Part shown: in pieces, positions 55,568 to 64,000 of the stretch
How the letters are laid out: the number at the start of each line of letters is the position of its first letter
How positions within the stretch are numbered: the stretch's first letter is position 1
Source of the DNA: an uncultured Alphaproteobacteria bacterium
Lineage (GTDB): Bacteria; Pseudomonadota; Alphaproteobacteria; Rhizobiales; Beijerinckiaceae
Length of the DNA stretch: 64,000 nucleotides
Reading direction: 5' to 3'
NCBI GenBank assembly: GCA_963743265.1
Contig: CAVUPE010000024.1
Location: 34,430-98,429 of the forward strand
The notes under the pieces: model-generated
The model's input: the letters and a program-made list of their open reading frames with translations, nothing else
Databases searched by the model: none
Told to the model about the DNA's origin: nothing
Position numbers and translations under genes: made by a program

Positions 55568-58500
55568 ATGAACGATGCTGATCATGGGGTCCGTCCTTCC
55601 GAAGATGAGGGAGGAGCGAGCCAGAACGGGGCCGGGAACCGCTTTCCCACGGTTGGCATCGGGACGTCCGCCGGTGGCGTCCACGCCCTGCAGATGTTTT
55701 TTGAAAGCCTGCCGGACGACGTCGACGCCGCTTTCGTTGTTGTCGTCCATCTTGATCCTTCGCGCCAAAGCGAGCTTTCCAACATTCTCGCCGCACGGAC
55801 GAAAATGCCGGTCACCCAAGTTTCCGGCCTCACGCCCATCGAACCGCGCCACGTCTATGTCATCCCGCCCAACCGGCAGTTACGCGCGACCGATCATCAT
55901 TTGGCGATTACCGAGTTCGACGAACCTCGCTGGCAGCGGGCGCCGATCGACCTTTTCTTCCGCTCCCTCGCCGCGGAGGGCGGCGACCACTTCGCCATCG
56001 TTTTTTCCGGCGCCGGTTCGGACGGCTCCGTGGGCATTAAGGCGGTCAAGGAGGCGGGAGGCATCATTCTGGTCCAGGATCCCGATGAGGCCGAATACGG
56101 ATCCATGCCTCGCAGCGCGGTTGCCACAGGCCTCGCGGATTTCGTTCTGCCGGTGCGGGAGATCGCCGCTCGACTTCCCGAGCTGATCCGCAATCGACAA
56201 AGTCCGCCGTCGGATGACCTCACCGAGACGGACGGGGAGGTGATGCAGCGCATTCTTTCCCATCTGCGGGTCCGCTCGGACACGATTTCTCGAGCTATAA
56301 GAAATCGACAATTCGCCGGCGCATTGCGCGCAGGATGCAGGTTCAGCGGGCCGCCACAATGGCGGACTACCTCGTGATCCTGCGCGAAAATCCTCAGGAG
56401 GCGCAGGCTTTATTCGCCGACCTTCTCATCTCGGTGACGACGTTCTTCCGCGATACGGGCGCGTTCGACAAGCTTGCCGCGTCGATCATCCCTCGCCTGT
56501 TCGACGACAAAGGCGCCGCCGATACGATTCGTGTTTGGGTTCCCGGCTGCGCCACCGGCGAAGAAGCCTATTCGATTGCGATGCTGCTGCTTGAGGAAGC
56601 GGGGCGTCACGAGATCCGCTGCGGACTCCAGGTCTTTGCTTCCGATCTCGACGACAGCGCTTTGATTGTCGCGCGGGATGGTCGCTACCCGATCGCCATC
56701 GAAGCCGACATGACAGAAGAGCGGCTGCGGCGCTTCTTCACCCGGGAAGGCGACCATTATCGCGTGACGCGCGAATTGCGCGACATGGTGCTGATCGCCA
56801 AGCACAGCCTTCTAAGGGATCCGCCATTTTCGCGCGTCGACCTCATCTCCTGTCGCAATGTCCTCATCTACCTCGACCGGGAGGTGCAGCAGCAGGTTTG
56901 CGCCACTTTCCACTTCGCTTTGAACCGGGGCGGATACCTCTTCCTCGGCTCGTCGGAAAACGCAGATGGTCCGGTCGGAGCGTTCCGCGCCCTCGACCGC
57001 GAAGCGCGACTTTATCAACGCATGTCCGTTCCGTCCGAGGTGCGGGTCACGCCGCGGACCGGCGCCGTGACATTTGGACTTGAACCGTTGCCACCTCGAA
57101 CGGTGGCCCCATTTCGCGCGCCGATTGAGGCAGGAGTTCACCGCGAAGCGCTCGAACGCTTGGCGCCGCCGAGCATAATTGTCGACGAGTCCTATCGCGC
57201 CGTGCATCTCTCTGAACACGCCGGGCGCTATCTGCAACCCTCCGGGGGAACGCTGACCAACGACATTACCGAGTTGGCGCGCGAAGAGTTGCGGTTCGAC
57301 ATCCGCGCGGCGCTTCACCGAGTTTTCGTGCACGGTGAGGCAAGTCTCAACGGACCGATTGGCGTTCGCTTTAACGGCTCGGCGCGGCGGGTCTATTTGC
57401 AGACAAGACCGTTGCGCTCTGAACCCAGCGCCGGCCGCTCCGCCATTGTCTTCTTCTTCGAAGGCGAGGCGCTTGGCGAGGCGTCACTGACCTCAACGAA
57501 AATCGAGGAACAGGCGACCGACGAGCAAGTTCAGCAAATTCTGCAGGAATTGCAGTTCAGTCAGTCGCAGCTTCGGGCGTCACGAGAGGAATATGAAGGG
57601 GCAAATGAGGAACTGCGGGCGGCCAACGAAGAACTGCAGTCGGTCAACGAGGAGTATCGGTCGACAGCGGAAGAGTTGGAGACCAGCAAGGAAGAGCTGC
57701 AATCCATCAACGAGGAGCTGCAGACCGTCAACAGCGAATTGAAAACGAAGCTCGAGAGCGTCTCGCGCGCCCATAGCGACGTGCAGAACCTGATGGCCGC
57801 GACAGACGTTGGAATCCTGTTTCTTGATCCCCAGCTGCGGATCAATCGCTTTACGCCGCGTATCTCGGAACTCTTCAATATCGTGACGGGCGACGAAGGC
57901 CGCTCGATTACCGACTTCACTCATCGCCTCGAGTACGACGATCTAGCCGGGGACGCGCGCAAGGTTCTGCGGGATTTGGCTTCAACCGAACGCGAGGTGC
58001 GGGGGGAGAATGGGAGCTGGTATCTCACTCGCCTAAAGCCATACCGCACCGTTGAGGACAAAATCGACGGCGTCGTGGTCACGTTCGTCGACATCGGTGA
58101 GCGCCGCCGGGCGGAGGATTCGCTGAGGGAGAGCGAAGCCCGAATGCGCATCCTTGTTGGTGAGTTGCAGCATCGTACCCGCAATCTCATCGGCGTGGTG
58201 ATGGCCATGGTCGACAGGACAGCGGTCTCGGGCCAAACCCTCGATGAATTCAAGGCGAGCTTCGGAGATCGCCTTGTGGCCCTTGCGCGTGTCCAGGGGT
58301 TGCTGTCGCGCGCAGCGCCTGGCGACAGCGTCACCTTTGATGAGCTTCTCGCCTCCGAACTGTCGGCTCAATCGGCCGAAAACGGCGGAGACGTAACGCT
58401 CGATGGAGCGAAGGGCGTCGTGCTTCGGTCCATTTCCGTCCAAGCGTTGGCGATGGCCTTACATGAGCTCACAACCAACGCCGCGAAACATGGCGCCTTA

Positions 58501-58788
58501 GGTCAGAAGAGTGGCCGTCTTCACGTTCGTTGGCGCGTGCAGGCCGAAAACGAGTCGCCCTGGATCATTGTCGACTGGAAGGAAAGCGGCGTCGACACCG
58601 CTCAACTTCGCGACGAGCCAAGGGGAGCCGGCAACGGTCGGCGCCTTATCGAGGACGCTTTGCCCTATCAGTTCGGAGCTCGGACAACTTTCGCAATCGA
58701 ACAGGACGGCGTCCACTGTACGATCGCGCTTCCGCTCTCCGGACCTCAGATTGAGGAGATCCACGATGGCCAACTCGCCGCTTCGTGA
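55568..58788 (+). CDS. CheB methylesterase-CheR methyltransferase-PAS-HWE histidine kinase fusion; frameshift ~56275
   Basis: GTSAGG, HL, SGAGSDG (CheB); SVTTFFRD, GCATGEE, DLISCRNVLIY (CheR); NEELQS coiled coil; ELQHRTRN, LHELTTNAAKHGAL, WKE (HWE). Confidence 0.93.
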
Positions 58789-59140
58789 TCGCCGCATCCT
58801 CATCGTCGAGGACGAATATCTTATCGCCATGAGCCTGCAGGACGCTCTGGAGACCGCGGGTTCAGTAGTCGTGGGGCCGGTTTCGTCCGTCGAAAAGGCG
58901 ATCAAGACAATCGACTCCGAGCCCCATCTCGACGCCGCGGTTCTCGACGTCAATCTCGGCGGCGTACTCGCCTACCCCGTCGCTGATTTGCTCATCGCCC
59001 GCAAAATCCCGTTCGTCTTTACCTCGGGCTATGAGGACAACGTGCTTCGGAGCCGATATGCTCAGATTAAGAATTGCCCCAAACCTTATCTGTTCCGAGC
59101 GATGGAAGACGCGCTGGTCGAGGCCATGTCGCTCTCATGA
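58766..59140 (+). CDS. Single-domain response regulator
   Basis: ILIVEDE, AVLDVNL, FTSGY, KP. Confidence 0.9.
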   Translation: MANSPLRDRRILIVEDEYLIAMSLQDALETAGSVVVGPVSSVEKAIKTIDSEPHLDAAVLDVNLGGVLAYPVADLLIARKIPFVFTSGYEDNVLRSRYAQIKNCPKPYLFRAMEDALVEAMSLS

Positions 59141-59168
59141 CGACTGATTCGCTGAAAAGGCTGGTCTA

Positions 59169-59194
59169 GCAACGGAAGGTTTCTGTTGCGCGTT
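59169..59194 (+). promoter_or_regulatory. Possible EcfG-type promoter
   Basis: GCAAC-N17-CGTT upstream of the GH15 gene. Confidence 0.4.
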
Positions 59195-59252
59195 TGCGTA
59201 GCCTTCAGATGCTCGATCGCACTCATGCCAAATCTGGTGAGAGAGACTCGCT

Positions 59253-61100
59253 ATGCCGCTTCGAATTGAGGACTACGCCGTCATTGGAAACTGTGAGACG
59301 GTCGCGTTGGTCGGGCTCGACGGTTCTATCGATTGGCTATGCCTGCCTCGTTTCGATAGCCCCGCGTGTTTTTGCGCGCTTCTCGGCGGCCCGGAGCACG
59401 GAAGGTGGCTGATTGCGCCTGCGGAAACTGACGTTCAGATCACGCGACGATATCTCAGCGACACTCTGATCCTCGAAACGGTTTTCACGACGGCCGACGG
59501 TTCGGTCTCGCTCACTGATTTCATGTACAGGCGAAACGGGTCGTCCGAGTTGGTGCGCATCGCCAGGGGCCTTCAGGGCGAGGTGCCCATGCACACCGAG
59601 ATCGTCGTGCGATTCGACTACGGCTCCATTGTGCCGTGGGTGTCTCAGCAGGAGGACGGGCGGCTTCAATTCATTGCGGGCCCGGACAAAGTTCTGCTCG
59701 ATACGACCGTTCAGACGCACGGAGAGGATTTTCGCACCGTTGGCGAATTTACCCTCCGCGAAGGCGAAGAGGCCAGCTTCGTTCTCAACTGGTCGCCGTC
59801 ATTTCGCATGGCTCCCCCACCGCTCTCAGGAGCGGAACTCGCGGAGGCCCGCAAACAAGTTCATTCCTTCTGGACCGGATGGGCGGCGGCTTTCAAGCCA
59901 GCGGAGCATTGGGGCGACGCCGTTCTTCGTTCGCTTCTGACTTTGAAAGCGCTCGCACACTGGGAGACCGGGGGCATTGTCGCGGCCGCGACGACGTCGT
60001 TGCCTGAACAGCTGGGCGGCCCCCGCAATTGGGATTATCGATTTTGCTGGCTTCGTGATGCGACGTTCACCCTTTACGCGCTGATCGGCGCCGGCTTTCT
60101 CGACGAGGCCAAGGCGTGGCACGAGTGGCTCCTGCGCGCGGTGGCCGGCGGCCCGGACGACCTGCAGATCGTCTATGGCGTGGCGGGCGAGCGACGCCTC
60201 GAGGAATATGAAATTCCTTGGCTGCCAGGCTACGAAGGCGCGGTCCCGGTCCGAATTGGCAACGGGGCGGTCAAACAGCTTCAACTCGACGTCTATGGCG
60301 AAGTGCTCGACGCCTTTTACGTCGCGCGCCGCGCAGGCCTCTCAACCAGCGAGCCGACCTGGGCGTTGGAACGCGCGCTCATTTCGCACCTCGAGAAAAT
60401 CTGGCAAGAGCCTGACGAAGGGATTTGGGAAGTGCGGGGCGGCCCGCGCCATTTCACTCATTCGAAGGTGATGGCCTGGGTCGCCTTCGATCGGGCGGTG
60501 CGCTCAATCGAGGAATTCGGGCTCGACGGACCGCTCGAGCGCTGGCGAGAAGTCCGGTCTGCGATTCATGAGGAGGTGTGCGAGCGTGGATATGATCCCA
60601 AGCAAAACACCTTCGTCCAAGCTTTCGGCGATGCGACACTGGACGCGAGTCTGCTGCTGATCCCCATCGTCGGCTTTTTGCCGCCTGACGATCCGCGTGT
60701 CCGAGGCACCGTCGCCGCTATCGAACGCACGCTCCTTCGCGACGGATTTGTGCTGCGCTATGACACGGGCACCGAGGTAGACGGCTTGCCCCCCGGCGAA
60801 GGGGCTTTCCTCGCTTGCAGCTTCTGGCTTGTCGATAATTATGTGCTGCTTGGACGGTACGACGAGGCTCGCGCGCTGTTCGAGCGCCTGTTGGCGTTGC
60901 GCAACGACGTGGGTTTGCTGGCGGAGCAATACGATCCTCATAGCCGCCGTCAGCTTGGCAACTTCCCTCAGGCGTTCTCGCATCTTGCGCTCATCAATTC
61001 GGCGCATAGCCTCAGCACGTGGGAGGGAGCGGCCCACCGGCGTTCTCAAAAATCTGAGCCCATCCAGCCGAAGGCAGAGGCTGGCGCGCCCGCAACGTAG
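59253..61100 (+). CDS. Glycoside hydrolase family 15 (trehalase/glucoamylase-like)
   Basis: IEDYAVIGN, TTSLPE, RNWDYRFCWLRDA, QLDVYGE, GIWEVRG, EGAFLACSFW, GNFPQAFSH. Confidence 0.93.
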   Translation: MPLRIEDYAVIGNCETVALVGLDGSIDWLCLPRFDSPACFCALLGGPEHGRWLIAPAETDVQITRRYLSDTLILETVFTTADGSVSLTDFMYRRNGSSELVRIARGLQGEVPMHTEIVVRFDYGSIVPWVSQQEDGRLQFIAGPDKVLLDTTVQTHGEDFRTVGEFTLREGEEASFVLNWSPSFRMAPPPLSGAELAEARKQVHSFWTGWAAAFKPAEHWGDAVLRSLLTLKALAHWETGGIVAAATTSLPEQLGGPRNWDYRFCWLRDATFTLYALIGAGFLDEAKAWHEWLLRAVAGGPDDLQIVYGVAGERRLEEYEIPWLPGYEGAVPVRIGNGAVKQLQLDVYGEVLDAFYVARRAGLSTSEPTWALERALISHLEKIWQEPDEGIWEVRGGPRHFTHSKVMAWVAFDRAVRSIEEFGLDGPLERWREVRSAIHEEVCERGYDPKQNTFVQAFGDATLDASLLLIPIVGFLPPDDPRVRGTVAAIERTLLRDGFVLRYDTGTEVDGLPPGEGAFLACSFWLVDNYVLLGRYDEARALFERLLALRNDVGLLAEQYDPHSRRQLGNFPQAFSHLALINSAHSLSTWEGAAHRRSQKSEPIQPKAEAGAPAT

Positions 61101-61178
61101 AGGGCGAAAAGATCGCGACGCCGCGCCCGGTCTCGTCGCGCATTTTGGCGTTCGCGCGTCTCGCTCGCCTAGCGCGGA

Positions 61179-62981
61179 TCAAGCCTGACGAAGGACGAAA
61201 TGTCCGGGCGTCACCTCGTCATAGGTCGAAGGCTCCGCTCGATAGCCGACTGGAAAGATCGGCGAGGCGAGAGGCTTGGAGCTTGGAGCCTCGTGGATTC
61301 GCCGGCGTCTCGGATCGGCGATCGGGACCGCGGCCATTAGAGTTTTTGTGTAGGGGTGGCGCGCGTCTTCGAACACCGCCGGCCGCGAACCGAGTTCAAC
61401 GAGACGTCCCAAATACATGACCCCGACGAAGTGCGATATCCGCTCGACGACCGCTATATCGTGGCTGATGAAGAGAAAGGACAACCCCAGGTCTGCCTGC
61501 AATTCCGCGAGGAGGTTCAGCACCTGCGCCTGCACCGAAACATCGAGCGCCGAGACCGCTTCGTCCGCGATGATCAAGCTCGGATGGGATGCGATCGCGC
61601 GCGCGATCGCGACGCGCTGCCGCTGTCCCCCGGACAGTTCGTGCGGGTAGCGGTTGAGGAAAGTGCGCGGGAGATCGACGCGGTCGAAGAGTTCAGCCAC
61701 GCGATCCACGATTTCTGATTTCGAGGCGAGGCCGAAGTTGATGAGCGGCTCAGCGACCTGATCGCGCAGTCTGCGGAGTGGGTTGAGGGACGCAAACGGA
61801 TCCTGGAACACCGTCTGCATATCGCGGCGCGCTTCGCGCAGTTCTGCTTGTCCGAGGCCCCGGATTTCTTGACCGTTGAGCCATATCTCGCCCGATTGCG
61901 GTTCGACCAATCGCAAGATGGACCGGCCGCAAGACGATTTGCCGCAGCCGGATTCGCCAACGAGCGAAAATGTCTCGCCAATGTTGATGGAGAAACTCAC
62001 GTCCTCGACCGCGTGGACGTTGGCAACGACGCGCCGCAAAGCGCCCCCTCTCACGGGATAACGGGTGGTCAAATTCTTGACCTCCAGCAAACGGCGTGGT
62101 TCCGACCGCGACGAAGAAACGCTGGGGTCCGCGATAGCGGAATCGCCAATCCTACGCATGGGCGCTGGCGCGGCCGTGCCACGCATTTCGCCGAGTTTCG
62201 GAACCGCCGCGAGCAGCATCCGCGTGTAGTCGGCCTGCGGATTCTCGAAGATCGTCGTGACGTCGCCTTCCTCGACAATCTTGCCGCGGTGCATGACGAC
62301 GACCCGGTCTGCCATCTGCGCAACGACCGCCATATCGTGGGTGACGAAGAGAACGGCCATATGGTTTTCGCGCTTCAGCCGGTCGATGAGAGCGAGAATT
62401 TCCGCTTGAATCGTGACGTCCAGCGCGGTCGTTGGTTCGTCGGCGATGAGGAGCCGCGGCTCACAGGCCATCGCCATGGCGATGACGACGCGCTGACGCA
62501 TGCCGCCTGACAATTCATGGGGATATTGTTTCAGACGGCGCTCGGGCTCAGGCACCCGCACGCCCCGGAGAAGCTCGAGCGCTCGCGTTCGCGCGTCGTT
62601 CCCCTTCAGGCCCCGGTGCGCCTTCAGTCCATCCACGAGCTGCCGCTCGATTGTGAAGACCGGATTGAGTGAGGTCATCGGCTCTTGAAAGATCATGCCG
62701 ATCTGATTGCCGCGGAGCTCACGCATGAAATCTTGCGAGGCCTCGGCGAGATCGACCGGGTCCCCCGAGCGGGATGCGAACTTGAGCTTGCCTCCGGATA
62801 TTCGCCCGCCGCCAAATTCGACCAGGCGCATGAGAGAGAGGGAAGTCACCGACTTTCCCGAACCCAATTCACCAACGAGGCAAACGGTCTCACCCGCGTC
62901 GATCGAAAACGAGACGCCGTCCACGGCGACGATCGTCCCGCCATCGGTCTTGAATTCGACCCGCAGATCGTCGACCGCCAC
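61179..62981 (-). CDS. Dipeptide/oligopeptide ABC transporter ATP-binding protein, two domains (true start may be ATG 63036 with a frameshift)
   Basis: GELGSGKS, FQEPMTSLNP, LSGGMRQR, GESGCGKS, LSGGQRQR. Confidence 0.93.
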   Translation of the reverse strand: MAVDDLRVEFKTDGGTIVAVDGVSFSIDAGETVCLVGELGSGKSVTSLSLMRLVEFGGGRISGGKLKFASRSGDPVDLAEASQDFMRELRGNQIGMIFQEPMTSLNPVFTIERQLVDGLKAHRGLKGNDARTRALELLRGVRVPEPERRLKQYPHELSGGMRQRVVIAMAMACEPRLLIADEPTTALDVTIQAEILALIDRLKRENHMAVLFVTHDMAVVAQMADRVVVMHRGKIVEEGDVTTIFENPQADYTRMLLAAVPKLGEMRGTAAPAPMRRIGDSAIADPSVSSSRSEPRRLLEVKNLTTRYPVRGGALRRVVANVHAVEDVSFSINIGETFSLVGESGCGKSSCGRSILRLVEPQSGEIWLNGQEIRGLGQAELREARRDMQTVFQDPFASLNPLRRLRDQVAEPLINFGLASKSEIVDRVAELFDRVDLPRTFLNRYPHELSGGQRQRVAIARAIASHPSLIIADEAVSALDVSVQAQVLNLLAELQADLGLSFLFISHDIAVVERISHFVGVMYLGRLVELGSRPAVFEDARHPYTKTLMAAVPIADPRRRRIHEAPSSKPLASPIFPVGYRAEPSTYDEVTPGHFVLRQA

Positions 62982-63050
62982 CAGCGGCCGGGCGTCGGTC
63001 TTGCGATGCGAGAAGAGGTTCGGCGGTTGACGACATTTGACCGTTGCGCC

Positions 63051-63866
63051 TCACCTCGTCCGGGGATCGAAAACGTCGCGGAGAATGTCGCCCGACATGT
63101 TAAGCCCGAGCACGGTGATCGCGACGGCGGCGCCGGGGACAAGTCCGGTCCATGGCGCGACATCGAGATAGTCGCGCGACGCTTGGATCATCAGCCCCCA
63201 GGAGGATTGTGGCGGCTGCGTGCCGAGCCCGAGAAACGAAAGGCTGGCCTCAGCAAGGACGGCGAAAGCCAGACTGATCGTGGCTTGGACAATGATGGGC
63301 GGCATGACATTGGGCGCCACGTGCCGCAGAATAAGATTGAGGTCGGTTGCGCCCGCCGCCCGCGCGGCTTCGACATAGGGCATCTGCGTCACACGAAGCG
63401 CCTCGCCGCGCACGATCCGCGCCAGAAAAGGCGTGAAAGCGACGCCGATGGCGATGATGGCGTTGGGGATGCTCGGGCCAAGCATGGCGCTGATCGTCAG
63501 CGCGAGCAGCAACACGGGAAAGCTCAGGAGCGTGTCGACGAGACGCATGAGCGCATTGTCGATGCCGCCGCGATAGAAGCCGGCCGCCATCCCGATCGGG
63601 AGACCAAGCACGAGGCTCATCAGCACCGCCGCGCCTGCGATTCCGAGCGATGTTCGACCGCCGAGCATCACGCGATAGAAGAGGTCACGGCCGAGCTGGT
63701 CAGTGCCGAGCCAATGAAGCTCCGAGGGCGGGCGGAGCCGCGCGGTCATGGTCATCCGAGTTCCGTAATCGGCGGGAATGACAAGCGGGGCGACAATCGC
63801 AACCAGAACCATCGCGATCACCAGCGCTGCGCCGAGGAGCCCTTTGGCGGTGAGGAAGCGCTTCAT
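63051..63866 (-). CDS. Peptide ABC transporter permease (DppC-like)
   Basis: LGTDQLGRD, YVEAARAAGA, LRHVAPN, LSFLGLG, WG. Confidence 0.93.
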   Translation of the reverse strand: MKRFLTAKGLLGAALVIAMVLVAIVAPLVIPADYGTRMTMTARLRPPSELHWLGTDQLGRDLFYRVMLGGRTSLGIAGAAVLMSLVLGLPIGMAAGFYRGGIDNALMRLVDTLLSFPVLLLALTISAMLGPSIPNAIIAIGVAFTPFLARIVRGEALRVTQMPYVEAARAAGATDLNLILRHVAPNVMPPIIVQATISLAFAVLAEASLSFLGLGTQPPQSSWGLMIQASRDYLDVAPWTGLVPGAAVAITVLGLNMSGDILRDVFDPRTR

Positions 63867-63872
63867 CCTTTC

Positions 63873-64000
63873 CTACGCGAGCCGGATGCGCGGATCGAAG
63901 ACCATGTAGAGCAAATCGACCGCGAGATTGGCGAGCATGACGACGGCCGCGATGACGAAAACCGTGGCCTGGATCAAGGGAATGTCGCGGTTGAGCAGGG
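63873..64000 (-). CDS. Peptide ABC transporter permease (DppB-like), 3' end only
   Basis: LNRDIPLIQATVFVIAAVVMLANLAVDLLYMVFDPRIRLA*. Confidence 0.85.
   Translation of the reverse strand, partial: LLNRDIPLIQATVFVIAAVVMLANLAVDLLYMVFDPRIRLA

Noticed and set aside
53340-64000. Prophage, ICE or IS-bounded island
   Set aside because: No integrase, transposase, tRNA or att pair is visible; only the gene content and a boundary pseudogene hint at foreign origin.

Overview
High-GC alphaproteobacterial chromosome segment (Hyphomicrobiales; gene content, PEPxxWA-CTERM genes and repeat style suggest a Roseiarcus-like organism, which is an inference). About 25 single-base frameshifts interrupt otherwise intact genes, including recQ, pyrC and xylB. 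I read these as uncorrected long-read errors and report the genes as joined. Content in order: a TPR/outer-membrane-barrel (Slam/DUF560-like) gene paired with a secreted FecR-domain protein; four PEP-CTERM genes; two sterol-desaturase-family genes; a membrane pentapeptide-repeat protein; xylB, cspA and a pipecolate-oxidase-like/gcdH/CoA-transferase locus; sodB, Usp, NfeD-SPFH, a sugar ABC transporter, ygfZ and pyrC; a Tat-signal haloacid dehalogenase; DUF4331; a corrinoid protein-DUF1638-'virulence factor'-ASKHA/RamA module; folC-like-recQ and aspartate aminotransferase; a protocatechuate 4,5-cleavage operon (ligK-I-A-B-C, no ligJ); a general-stress block with EcfG-type promoters (Pro-rich peptide, DUF6496, ATP-dependent ligase, CheB-CheR-HWE kinase, receiver, GH15); and a peptide ABC transporter. 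The least explained signals are a PEP-CTERM protein built from short recurring motifs (FNPQPDPPG, LLPA, DGSV), a 22-bp direct repeat bracketing a PEP-CTERM + desaturase unit, AT-rich non-coding elements with IHF-like boxes and helically phased repeats, and the putative type XI secretion pair. No rRNA, tRNA, CRISPR array or transposase was seen.
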